A stretch of 64,000 nt of DNA from Paraspadella gotoi (taxonomy: Eukaryota > Animalia > Chaetognatha), in the NCBI GenBank assembly GCA_051294375.1, contig CM119265.1:18064454-18128453 (forward strand). The letters run 5' to 3'. This document shows positions 1 to 13,114 of the stretch, piece by piece. The translations under genes were made by a program, and so were the position numbers. How positions within the stretch are numbered: the first letter of the stretch is position 1; each line of letters starts with the position of its first letter. The notes beneath the pieces were generated by a model. The model was not told where the DNA came from. It did no database searches and was given only the letters and a program-made list of their open reading frames with translations.

Positions 1-104
1 TCGGCCGCGGCGCTGCCCGGCGCCAGCCGATCGTCCGGTCATTGACCCGGCAGTCGAGACTCTCGATAGACCGAGAACCAAGAGACGGGCATCACCCTCG
101 AGAA

Positions 105-236
<132 letters not shown>

Positions 237-673
237 CTCTTCAAGTGAATTAATGATCGGAGGACCTCGGGGATCTAAAATAACGTTTTTCTCTCTCAGA
301 GTTTTTAGAGAGAATGAGAGAGGAAGACGTATTGTCCGAGTGGAAATGGACAAGGGAAGATTTGAAAAAAAATTGTAAAACAAGAAAGGAAGGATTTATA
401 CTATAGTCTTTAAATAAAGTTGAATAAAGAATCTTTTCAAGTCGGAAAAGATGAATTCTTAGGGAAAGAGTAGGCCCGTTTCTCTTAACATTAAGTAAAT
501 TGAACAAGGAACGAGAAAACAGACTCGGCCTTTTAGTTTTAGATATCTCTGGCGTCATTGTCTTCAGCCTTGTCGGTGATCTTCATTATGGTTAGCGCGG
601 TTTTCGGTGGAAGTAAGGTGAAACCCTTTTCCGAGACAACTAATTCCTTCGCCTCATGAAGCGACCGAGACTT

Positions 674-707
<34 letters not shown>

Positions 708-864
708 TCTGTCTCTCTCATCTCTCTCTCTCTCTTTCTCTCAGTCCTTTCACCTCCGCCCCTTAATCGCGGTTGTTTCTTATTCCGTTCACAGTTGGAT
801 AAGGGATAACCCGATCCGACGTAAATACATCGCGATCTTCAAAGTCCATTTCTTTACTCTCTCT

Positions 865-938
<74 letters not shown>

Positions 939-951
939 CTCCTCTCTTTAC

Positions 952-1102
952 GGTCGCGAGGTCTCGAACGCGAGACTTCAGGGAAGTGTGGCGAGGTATG
1001 ATGGCCCATGAGGGTGGCGGCCGAGCGGCGGCGGCCGGTAGCGGGCGGCGGCGGTAGCGGCGTCGGCAGCGGCGGGCGGCTTTTGGGCGGTTCGGAAACC
1101 AT
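952..1102 (-). CDS. Candidate alternative first coding exon (Pro/Arg-rich, MVSEPPKSRPPLPTP...) of a large minus-strand gene
   Basis: ATG at 1102, 50 codons plus 1 nt, then a C|gtaaag donor (phase 1). GC-rich island among repeats. The donor is weak and no homology was recognised. Confidence 0.35.
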
Positions 1103-1994
1103 ATGGAGAATTAATGTTCTCTTTTTTTTCCTCTCGTTACACTTCGAAGGACTCCCAGAGTGGATGAGGAGGAGGAGGAAGAAGAAGAAGAGGAAGAGGA
1201 AGATGACGGAGACGAAGTGTAACGAGGGTTAGAATTAGGACCCAACGGAGGAAGCCAGGAGGAAAGAAGTGGAGGAAAAAGAAAAGGAAAAAAATAATTA
1301 TTGNNNNNNNNNNNNNNNNNNNNNNNNNGGAGGGAAGCCAGGGAAGGAAGAGAAGTGGAGGAAAAAGAAAAGGAAAAAATAATTATTGCAATCATTGTCA
1401 AATGGTCGGGGGGAAACTCGCGTGATTAAAAGAAAGCATCCATTGGTCGACTGCGAACCAATCGGATGGGAGCGATTGAAGTTGAAGCGTGGGCGGTTGA
1501 GGAGAGCGGGGTGAAGGGAGGAAGGGGTGGTTAGGCGGGGCACCGGCGAAAAGGATCTTTTAAGATGGAGCGGGAAGAGAATTCGATCGAGAGATAACGC
1601 GAAATAGAAAGTTGAGGGGAAAAAGAGAAACGAGAAGAGAGAACATAAAGAAATAAACTGAAAAGTAAAAATTGGTCTTCGAGAGCATAGGAAACAAACC
1701 GAAAATTACTCTAAAATGAGTTACTAAGGCGAGTTAAAGGTCATTTATATGTACTTCAATTACCAAGTTATGATAAAGTGTCTCGAGAGAAAATAAAGGC
1801 AAAAATAAAACACAAAATCTGTGAAATAAGCGGGAAAAAATGGCAGATAAAGCAAAACTTACAATGAGGGAGAAACCAGTGGAGAAGACAAAGAAGAGGA
1901 AAATGAGAGAAATAAAAGAGAGAGATTGAGACGAGAGATAAAACGGTTAAAGGAGGGAATAAATAGGAAAGACAGAGAGAGTAAGAAAAATAAA

Positions 1995-2026
<32 letters not shown>

Positions 2027-2030
2027 AATA

Positions 2031-2102
<72 letters not shown>

Positions 2103-2260
2103 AAAAGAACCAATAGGAAAAAGAAAAAAATATAAGCAAAGAAGAGAAAAAAAAATAAAAGAAAAAAATAGAAAAGAAAAGAACAAAAAAGAAAAGAACA
2201 AAAAAGAAAAGAAAAGAAAAGAACAAAAAAGAAAAGAAAAGAAAAGAAAAGAAAAAAAGA
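1995..2260. repeat. (AAAG)n / (AAAAG)n polypurine microsatellite
   Basis: Seen directly. Similar tracts at ~10889-10980 and ~41550-41632. Confidence 0.95.
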
Positions 2261-2406
2261 AAAACGAGAAAGAAAGGAAAAGGAAAAAGAGAGTAAGAAA
2301 GCCCAAAAAAGAACAGTAAGACAAAAAGAAAAAAATAAGGAAAAATAAAACATCCAAAGAGACAATAAAGAAATGAAGAAAGTTCAGAGAGAGAGAGAGA
2401 GAGAGT

Positions 2407-3669
2407 TTCTCCAATGAAACAATGTTTTTTGAAAATAGTATTTAAAAATTCTTAAAAAACAAACAGTAATCTCCAAAAACTATATAATTCGCACAATTTG
2501 TTTTAGCTCTTGGCCTGCTTTTGACAATACACTTTTTCTTTCGAAGAACCGCATATACAATGTTAGTAACCTGAAAATTTATAAATTCATTAATATCAGG
2601 GCATTCAGAAAACAACGAATCACCATGGTTTTTAGTCGGTTCCGCTTATCAGCAGATCCCGACTCTTTAATCCACTTTTGGTCGGTCCGTCGTTCGCCCC
2701 CTCAATCTTGTCGGTCATTGACTAAACATGTCAGACACATCAATTATGATAAATTATGAAAAAAAAAATGTCCCGTCCGTCCGTCCGCTCCGTCCCCACC
2801 TTAGAAAAAAAGTTCAATTATTCGTGATTGGATGGTTGGATTGGAATAAATTTTTTTGTTATGGGTAGGAAAGTGTGTGAGGAAGCTGGCATATATAGTT
2901 TCGATGGAATCGTTGCGAGCGATGTTAAAAAAATGATGCGAGTTGAAAAGAAAATATTAGTTTAAAAAAATTATTTTGTTTGTACATTTCTCTCGACATT
3001 TACAAGTATTTTGCGACATTTATTTTAACAATTGGGATATAAACCTTGTAGCAATTGTAGAGGCAGTTGTTTGTTGTTGTTTTTTAAATTTTATTCAGAA
3101 CTCTTGTTTGTTTGTCTTTCTGTCATGTTTTGACTGTTTAGTCAGTTAAAAGGAAAGAAAAAACAGTAATTCGAAAATAGTGAAGAAAACAAAGAAATTA
3201 AAAAAATTGGAAAAATTAAGGAACATTACGACCGGAATTTTGCGTCCATCCCACCTTTTCAAATTACTCTTTCGACAATGTATTTTTTAAAAAAATATTA
3301 AACCTACGAGGATTTAGAGTGTATCCTACCCCGAAGGGAGAGATGATCATTTTTCCCCTGCTTCTTCCAGTTTTTTTCTTTTTTTTTTTTAAGTAATTTC
3401 ATGATTTATACTTATCTTCCATTCTTCGTTGCATCAGAAAGACAGGAAGACAAATGAATAATGCCGCCGTCGTTTGTACAGGACAAAACTTTTTTTTTTT
3501 GCTTTTTTTTTCATTTTATCATATTATTATTTTCTTGTTCTTCTTTGACGCTACATCGGCGACTTCCAAGAGAAATCTTTAGGAGGGCAGCGAGAGGCGG
3601 TGGCTGGAGTAATGAATGAGATTACGAACCTGAATAAGAGTCAAAAAATGGACAAGATAACGATAACGA

Positions 3670-3710
<41 letters not shown>

Positions 3711-3715
3711 GTCTC

Positions 3716-3781
<66 letters not shown>

Positions 3782-5153
3782 TCTCTCTCTTTCTTATCTC
3801 TCTCTCTCACTAAATTTTGACTAACGTTTCCCGGGTTGTGCGTCATCCTCCCCATTCGCGTCAAATAAAGCGTTTTTATGCCGCCAATAAGGCGATAGAG
3901 CCGTAACCGCCGCAGCCGCCGCCGCTTCCGCTTCGGTGGTATTTAAGCGCGTCTATTTTGGCGTCACTATCTTCGCCGACTTCCGGTTCCCGAGAGGCGA
4001 AACGTAACTCAGGCGCCGGAAGCAGGCGCTGGCACGGCAGCGCGCCGTAGGTGGAGACTGGGAGGTGGACGGACTCTTAAGATGTTCGAGTTACCCTTTT
4101 CGTTTAGATGTTTATATATATATATTTTTTACCTTTTTTCATTCTTTTTCTTTTTCTACCAATTAACTTCTTTGCTTTTAAGATAACCACTTTGATATTA
4201 AATTCCCTGAGTCGCGTTTCTCAAAAACAAACCCTTTTTTTATTTCTTTCCCAATATTTTCATTGTTTCAGTCGTCTTTCGTTGTGCCTCGCTCTATGGC
4301 CTCCATCTTTCCTCCATCCCCTCCCAAATATTCCACCCCTCCCCTTCCCCCCTCGCCCCTCCTCTCCCCTCCTCCTCCTCTTCTCTCCCCCCTCCCCCCT
4401 CCGTCTTTTGATGTATCGAGACGAAAAATTTACGGTGAGATTCGTCATTTTTCACTTTTTCGTTTCCCTTTTTTTTTTTTTATTCTCTTCCGACGTTTCT
4501 GAGCGACGGAGATCCGGGGGAGGACCGGGGGAGAAAAGGAAAGGAAAGAGAGAAGGAGAGGAAATGGGGTTAGGACAGAGGAGGATGAAAAAAAAAAGAT
4601 AGGGAAGAAGGAAGAAAAAAATAGGGGAGAGGAAGGAAAGAGAGAGAGAGAGGAAAAAAAAAGGGATGAAGGAAGGAAGAGGAGGGAGGAAAGAAAAAGG
4701 CAGTGAGTGAAGTGCGACCGATTTGTGATAGTCTCTAAGAAATCTCGCGATATCAGATTGGCGAAGAGTGGATGAGACTAATCCGTAGTTAGTGAACTAC
4801 AACTTTGGAATACACATTGGTGCATTTTTGCACTCTTGAAGAACAGGAAGTTAGACCTAACTTAGTAAATCAACCGGCAAATGATTTTGAAAAAAATCAA
4901 TGATAGATCGACTCGCTTCGAAAACAAAATTTTAAAGTGAGTTTGATGATTTTTTTTAAATTCAAAATAAAAGGAAAAAAAAGGGGTTCGAAAAGTCGTC
5001 GGCTGTATTTTCTAACGAGATAAGAAAAGACGTCTGGAGTTTAAATCCGCGCGAGAGCTGGATCATAAATCCAAGAGAATTCAATTTTGCTGCGAACCAC
5101 ATTTTTCTTTCTTTTTAAAATAAAAATCCGCCCTGGAATCTTCTCTACGACGG

Positions 5154-5198
<45 letters not shown>

Positions 5199-5214
5199 GT
5201 TCTCTCTCTTTCTG

Positions 5215-5247
<33 letters not shown>

Positions 5248-5272
5248 NNNNNNNNNNNNNNNNNNNNNNNNN

Positions 5273-5307
<35 letters not shown>

Positions 5308-7959
5308 CGTCGTAGAGAAGATTCCAGGCGGATTTTTATTTTAAAAAGAAAGAAAAATGTGGTTGCGCACAAATTGAATTCTCTTGGATTTATGAATCCA
5401 GCTTCGCGCGGGATTTAAACTCCAGACGTCTTTTCTTATCTCGTTAGAAAATACAGCGACGACTTTTCGACCCTTTTTTTCCTTTTTATTTTGAATTTAA
5501 AAAAAAAATCATCAAAACTCACTTGTAAAATTTTGTTTTCGAAGCGAGTCGATCTATCATTGATTTTTTCAAACATTTGCCGGTTGATTTACTAAGTTAG
5601 GTCTAACTTCCTGTTTCTTAAGAGTGCAAAAATGCACCAATGTGTATTCCAAAGTTGTAGTTCACTAACTACGGATTAGTCTCCACTCTTCGCCAAATCT
5701 GATATCAGCGAGATTTCTTAGAGACTATCACAAATCGGTCGCACTCACTCACTGCCTTTTCTTTCCTCCCTCCTCTTCCTTCCTTCATCCCTTTTTTTTT
5801 CCCTCTCCTCTCTCTCTTTCCTCCTCTCCCCTATTTTTTTTCTTCCTTCTTCCCTATCTTTTTTTTCATCCTCCTCTGTCCTACCCCCATTTCCTCTCCT
5901 TCTCCCTCTTTTTCCTCTCCTTTTCTCCCCCGGTCCTCCCCCCGGATCTCCGTCGCTCAGAAACGTCGGAAGAAGAGAATAAAAAAAAAAAAGGGAAACG
6001 AAAAAGTGAAAAAATGACGAATCTCACCCGTAAATTTTTCGTCTCGATACATCAAAGAAGCGGAGGGGGAGGGAGGGGAGAGAAGAGGAGGAGGAGGGGA
6101 GAGGAGGGCGAGGGGGGAAGGGGAGGGGTGGAATATTTGGGAGGGGATGGAGGAAAGATGGAGGCCATAGAGCGAGGCACACGAAAGACGACTGAAACAA
6201 TGAAAATATTGGGGAAAGAAAATAAAAAAAGGGGTTTGTTTGAGAAACGCGACTCAGTGGAATTTAATATCAAAGTGGTTATCTTAAAAGCAAAGAAGTT
6301 AATTGGTAGAAAAAGAAAAAGAAATGAAAAAAAGGTAAAAAAATATATATATATAAACATCTAAACGAAAAGGGTAACTCGAACATCTTAAGAGTCCGTC
6401 CACCTCCCCAGTCTCCACCTACGGCGCCGCTGCCGTGCCAGCGCCTGCTTCCGGCGCCTGAGTTACGTTTCGCCTCTCGGGAACCGGAAGTCGGCGAAGA
6501 TAGTGACGCCAAAATAGACGCGCTTAATACCACCGAAGCGGAAGCGGCGGCGGCTGCGGCGCGCCGTTACACGCTCATAAATCGCCTTATTGGCCGCATA
6601 AAAACGCTTTATTTGACCGCGAATGGGGAGGATGACGCCACCAACCGGAAACGTTAGTCAAAATTTGTTGAGAGGGAGACGCCGCCGCCTGTTGCCCCAC
6701 CACGACATCCTCTCCCTTATATAATTATTTCGCACATTATTTTGCCTACCCACGATACAATCCCGCTCCCAAGAACGGAGACGAAGAGAGATCGCGAAAG
6801 CGCAACGGCCGATGCTGCCGAGCGAGAGAAGACCGCAGCCTGAAAGACGTACGATCGCGTAGCCGCCCACAGCGAGACCTCCCCGTTTTTCTTGGACTCT
6901 ATTCTTTGATCTGCTTGAAGAGTGAGAGACGTCTTGTTTCACGCCGAGAAGCAGGGAAGAAGAAACGAACAGAAGCGAAGCAGAGAAGGAGGCGACGCCC
7001 CCCGGAGCCCGCCCTCCACCCGCCCCGCCATTCGCCGCTATAGCTGCCGACCGCAGTGTGCTTGGCTTTCCCGCCCAGGCAGTCTCATCTGGGCGCGCCG
7101 GCATCGCGCCTTCCCAGCCCACGATGCGCCGTCCTGACGATGCTTGCGTCGATTCCCCGAGGAGGAGATACCTCTGGTATTCGCAGCTCGGTAAGAAAGC
7201 GTATTTCTTGATTCCTTGGTGGGATTGGATGTTGACGCCACGCTGACGTGTCTGTCGAGCGCGCCCTTGATCAAGAGGAACTTGGTCGCAAAAGAAAACA
7301 GACAAACAGACGTCACAAAACGTGGTTAGTATGACGATACGATAAGTGGGAAAAGCAGGAAACAAAAAAGAAAGAAAAGGATATGACATCAGTGAAACAG
7401 ACTGAACCACACAGCACCCTTGCACTTTTTAAGTNNNNNNNNNNNNNNNNNNNNNNNNNTACGACTGAAACAATGAAAATATTGGAAAGAAAATAAAAAA
7501 AAGGGTTTGTTTGAGAAACGCGACTCAGTGGAATTTAATATCAAAGTGTTATCTTAAAAGCAAAGAAGTTAATTGGAGAAAAAGAAAAAGAAATGAAAAA
7601 AGGTAAAAAAATATATATATAAAACATCTAAACGAAAGGGTAACTCGAACATCTTAAGAGTCCGTCCACCTCCCCAGTCTCCACCTACGGCGCCGCTGCC
7701 GTGCCAGCGCCTGCTTCCGCGCGCCTGAGTTACGTTTCGCCTCTCGGGAACCGGAAGTCGGCGAAGATAGTGACGCCAAAAATAGACGCGCTTATACCAC
7801 CGAAGCGGAAGCGGCGGCGCTGCGGCGGTTACGGCTCTATCGCCTTATTGGCGGCATAAAAACGCTTTATTTGACGCGAATGGGGAGGATGACGCACAAC
7901 CCGGGAAACGTTAGTCAAAATTTAGTGAGAGAGAGAGATGAAGAAGAGAGAGAGAGAGC

Positions 7960-7992
<33 letters not shown>

Positions 7993-7994
7993 GC

Positions 7995-8025
<31 letters not shown>

Positions 8026-8032
8026 GAGAGAG

Positions 8033-8064
<32 letters not shown>

Positions 8065-9319
8065 AATATCGTTATCGTTATCTTGTCCATTTTTTGACTC
8101 TTATTCAGCGTTCGTATCTCATTCATTACTTCAGCAGTCCCCTCTCACTGCCCTCCTAAGATTTCTCTTGGAAGTCGCCGATGTAGCGTCAAAGAAGACA
8201 AGAAAATAATAAATGATAAAAGAAAAAAAAAGCAAAAAAAAAAAGTTTTGTCCTGTACAAACGACGGCGCATTATTCATTGTCTTCCTGTCTTTCTCGAT
8301 GCAACGAAGAATGGAAGATAAGTAATAAATCATGAAAATTACTTAAAAAAAAAAAAGAAAAAAACTGGGAAGAAGCAGGGGAAAAATGATCATCTCTCCC
8401 TTCGGGGTAGGATACACTCTAAATCCTCGTAGGTTTAATATTTTTTAAAAAAATACATTGTCGAAAGAGTAATTGAAAAGGTGGGATGGACGCAAAATTC
8501 CGGTCGTAATGTTTCTTAATTTTTCCAATTTTTTTAATTTCTTTGTTTTCTTCACTCTTGATTTCGAATTACTGTTTTTTCTTCCTTTTAACTGACTAAC
8601 AGTCAAAACGATTGACAGAAAGACAAACAAACAAGAGTTCTGAATAAAATTTAAAAAAAACAACAAACAACTGCCTCTACAATTGCTACAAGGTTTATAT
8701 CCCAATTGTTAAAATAAATGTCGCAAAATACTGTAAATGTCGAGAGAATGGTACAAACAAAAAATTTTTTTTAACTAATATTGTTTTTTCAACTCGCATC
8801 ATTTTTTTAACTCGCTCGCACGATTCCATCGAAACTATATATCCAGCTTCCTCACACACTTTCCTACCCATACAAAAAAATTTATTCCAATCCAACCATC
8901 CAATCACGAATAATTGAACTTTTTTTCTAAGGTGGGACGGACGGACGGACGGACGGACATTTTTTTTTTCATAATTTATCATAATTCGATGTTCTGACAT
9001 GATTTAAGTCAATGACCGACAAGATTGAGGGGGCGAACCGACGGACCGACAAAGTGGATTAAAGAGTCGGGATCTGCTGATAAGCGGAACCGACTAAAAA
9101 CCATGGTGATCGTTGTTTCTGAATGCCCTGATATTAATGAATTTATAAATTTTCAGGTTACTACATTGTATATGCGGTTCTTCGAAAGAAAAGTGTATTG
9201 TCAAAAGCGAGGCCAAGAGCTAAAACAAATTGTCGAATTATATAGTTTTTGGAGATTACTGTTTTGTTTTTTAAGAATTTTAAATACTATTTTCAAAAAA
9301 CATTGTTTCATTGGAGAAA
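2407..9319. repeat. Large inverted duplication (2407-5247 vs 5273-6665 plus 7461-9319) centred on an N gap; probable assembly fold-back
   Basis: ttctccaatgaaacaatgttttttg at ~2408 is the reverse complement of ~9295-9318. The arms differ mainly by 1-nt indels. The symmetry centre is the 5248-5272 gap, and ~6187-6665 is repeated again at ~7461-7925. Confidence 0.9.
8820..9100 (+). mobile_element. Non-autonomous Helentron/DINE-1-like (HINE) element, 3' part; inverted copy at ~2628-2910
   Basis: (GGAC)n microsatellite, then acggaccgacaaagtg, then terminal hairpin agtcgggatctgc..gcggaaccgact followed by an A-run. A diverged homologue sits at 60330-60512. Confidence 0.6.
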
Positions 9320-10886
9320 ATAAAATTTAAGATCGGTAACGATAAGAAATTTCGAATTAGGATTTTTGCCAAATTTAAGAAACGTACGACGTTGTATTCG
9401 AGATGCCTTCTGCTCAACTGGTCCACCGGAAACCATCTTTTCTCATTTTTTCCCCTTGAAAAACAAAGAAAATTACGAGACCAACGATGAAAGCGACTAA
9501 TCAAAGCGACTGACAGCGCTACCTGCGGGGACGATGACCGCGACGCGCGACGAAGACCGCGACGCCGCCCGGGAAATAACGTCAACGACCGCTAGAGGCG
9601 TTGCGCCGGGATAATCGAAGACGAGGTCGACGTTCGCCTCGATGAACAAAAATGCTAAATGACACTTTGTCTTTGACTTTTAATCCCTCAGACTGCGGGG
9701 CTCAGATGGAGAGGTTGAGTCAACATTGTTTGACTGAGACGAGACGGGAAAGAACACCCTCTTTGTTCTTTGGGAGGAGGAGGAAGAAGCAGACGAGGCC
9801 GGAGCCCGACAATGCCGACGATCTCCTTCAGGACGATGGAGGAATTTGGTGTCTCGTTTTTCATCGTCAAAAGCGAAGGGACTACAGCGCCTCTCTTGAG
9901 GAGTCCTTCAAAGAAAAAAAAAAAGAACAAAAGGTCGAAAGCGAAAGAGCGATGCGAAGGGGGAAAAAGTTTTCCTGGATGCTTCAAAAAGAATTAGGGA
10001 CAAAATACGATGCCTAATTGCCTATTTTTAAAAGCCTTTTTTTTTTGTAATTTAAGAATAGTAATATCCTAAATTGACATTCTTTAAAGGAAATTGTGAT
10101 GATCGCAAGAACCGATAGAAAACATAGTGAAGAGTGGAAGGTCAGTTCGGCTGATCAAGAAGTCATTAAAAATCTTAAATTTGGCTAAACGTTTAGATTC
10201 ATTTCCGAAAAAAAAAGATTAGGGATGACATCAACAAAAAAAGACACAAAAAAAAAGAAAAAATGGGGAAAAGGGGAAGACGGAGAGAGAGAGAGAGAAA
10301 TGTTAAGAGAGCCGTCAAACTAAGCCGAGGAGGAAGAAACCACAAAGACATCAATAAGCTTCTTGGAGTCTCTAGGCGACGGAAACGACAACGACGATAA
10401 TGACGACGATAATGACGACGATAACGACGACGAGGCAAGAATCATGTCAAAGAAGACGAAGTTAACGCCGGGTTAGAAAAAAAAAGTTTAATACGTATAA
10501 AAGAGGTAGCAATTATTAGATTAAATAAGGAAAAACAATGAAAACAATGTATAGCAAAAGGAAAATGTAAACAAAGCCGAAACAATGTAAAGCCTTGAAA
10601 ATGACAGAGATGCTCTGGCGGTTACGATGACGACAAAGACGATTAAAAGGACAATGAAAAGGAGACTTGATAGTCGAACACGACGACAAAGAATTTTTCA
10701 CAATTTGGCGACGTCAACTCCAAAAGCCAAAGTTGTAAAATTCCAAGTCTCAGTCGGGAAATGAGGAAGGATTGAGGGAGAGAGAGAGGATGAAGAAAAA
10801 TAGAGATGGAGACAAAGAAATAAGAAAGGGAGAAGTTGAAGGGGAAAAGGGAAGCAAATAAAGAGAGAAAAAAAAATAAAATGAAG

Positions 10887-10980
<94 letters not shown>

Positions 10981-11655
10981 GTGAAAAAAATAAATGAAAA
11001 AAAAGGGTCACAAAGTCTTTTTCTCTAATCCTAATTTCTCCTATTACCCTCCCCCCTCTCCTTGTCCCTTTTTCCACTCTCCCTCCCACATCTTTTAACT
11101 CCAGTCATGAGTGAAAAGAAGGCGTGAAGATTCGATTCACCGAATTCGACGAATCGAATTATCGCTCGACCCACGTGACCCGAATCACAACCAGACTTTC
11201 TCGTGGAGGATATCGCTTGGATAATGTCGAGCGGTAGAAAAGTCCAGCGTTCCCGGTCGGTAATCGGGGTAGGGCTAAGCAAACTTGATTACTAAATCAA
11301 AGTAAGACAACGACAACGATTTAATCATAATGATCACGAAAACGAGATAACGAAACGTCGGGTGAAGCGAAAGACCTCACAAAATGACGTCATGGCGTCG
11401 TGAAACAACCTTTAAATACTTAAAATTCACCACCAGTAAAAACGGCGGAAAAACTGAGGTAAACTGGAATAAACAAAATAACAAAGGAATCCGACGAAAA
11501 CGTCTTAGTCTAGTTTGCGTCTTCATTAAGAATTTCTGAAAGGAAACGAAACGTAACTTAAAAGCGAAATGATTTCGTGAGAGAGAGAGAGAGTGGTTTC
11601 GCGATGCGGTTATCGATTCCCTGGTTAACTTTGTCCTCGGGTCCAAATTAGAGGC

Positions 11656-11758
<103 letters not shown>

Positions 11759-12650
11759 TAAGGGTAAACGAATTGTCACAAAAAAGGAAAGGGAAGAAAA
11801 GAAAGAAAGAAAAAATTAGGCAAAATAGAAGAAAATAAATAAGAGAAAATAGGCTACTCGATGGTAATCTCATTTTCTGCTCAGAGAATCTCACCATTCA
11901 CCAACTCACCACCGTTTCTCACAGTAGCCCATTGCATTATTTTTATTCTTTTTCTTTCAATTGTTTACAAATATAAATAATTAATATTTTTAATAACGGT
12001 TCATCCCTAAATAGAAAATAAAAAATGTGAGGTGATCTAGAGAGCGTAAGTTGAGACAAATACTTTCGTACTTGTTATATCGTTCTAATATTGATTTTGA
12101 GAAATGCGAATTTATATATATATTCAGTAATACATAATAGGCGTGAGTAAACTAAAGGACCTTGCAAAAATAAATTTAAAAAGGAAATTGCTATTTCAAC
12201 GAAAAAAAGTTAATGGTCCTAAAAAAAAGAAAAGAAATTAATGGGTATTTCGAAACAGATAAAGAAGAATAAATGATTAATGGGGAGACAGCGGGCTTAG
12301 AATTCGAGAATAAAAAATCCATAGAAAAAAAAATCAATGAATCGATAAAATATGAACGATAACAAAACGATTACTAAAGCTGATTCATGCTAAAGCGAAC
12401 AAATAATTCAATTGTTATACATAAAATGTACTTTTCATTAACCTAATCAAATTTAAATTTCATAAAAAAAAAATTTTAAACAGTTTTTTGGTTTGATAAC
12501 GTCAATCAATACAAAATTTTTCTACGGAAAGATTTCGCTATTATTTTTAGTGAGAGCCACAAACTAAAATTTTAAATTCATGAATTTAATCCCTCTTTTA
12601 GGTTTCTACGCCAAGGGGGTACATCACGAGACAAAAACCTTCATAAATTC

Positions 12651-12726
<76 letters not shown>

Positions 12727-13025
12727 CTCCCCTGGCAATTTTCAACGTCGACGCCCAAGATCGATGCTCAATTTACATTTTTCAGCATTATCTTTATTAG
12801 GTTTTTGTACCATTATTTATTTTTTATCTTTCGCCTGGTTGGCTTTCCTTTTTTTTCCTCTTTCCTTTTTTCTTCTTTTGTTTTATCATTCTCTCTTCTC
12901 TCTCTTCCCTCATTCCTTCTTCCTCCTTTCTTCTTTGCCTCCTTTCTTCTACTCCCTTTCCTTTTTTTTCTTTCCTTTTATCTTTCCTTCTTTCTTTATT
13001 TCCGAATCCTTCCTTCCCAAATTTA

Positions 13026-13114
13026 TTAGAAGATGGCGCTTCGTCGTAGATGGTTGTGAAGATTAGGTTTTTCGTATCGAGGTGGTTCTTGCTCATTGCT
13101 CGATTCACCACCAT
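13026..13114 (-). CDS. Candidate phase-1 terminal exon (D)GGESSNEQEPPRYEKPNLHNHLRRSAIF*
   Basis: Strong pyrimidine acceptor ctctccccgtctcgccccag. The phase-1 frame is open to TAA, which overlaps an AATAAA. Contains a PPxY motif. Confidence 0.35.

Noticed and set aside
1248-1388. ~55-bp direct repeat flanking the 1304-1328 N gap
   Set aside because: Unmerged contig overlap, not a biological repeat.
6658-7425. 255-aa ORF, the longest in the track
   Set aside because: No domain or splice logic, and it lies in probable junk sequence beside a gap.
9523-9655. Possible phase 1-1 minus-strand exon (FLFIEANVDLVFDYPGATP...)
   Set aside because: Weak splice sites and nothing recognisable, so it cannot be told from chance in a GC-rich patch.
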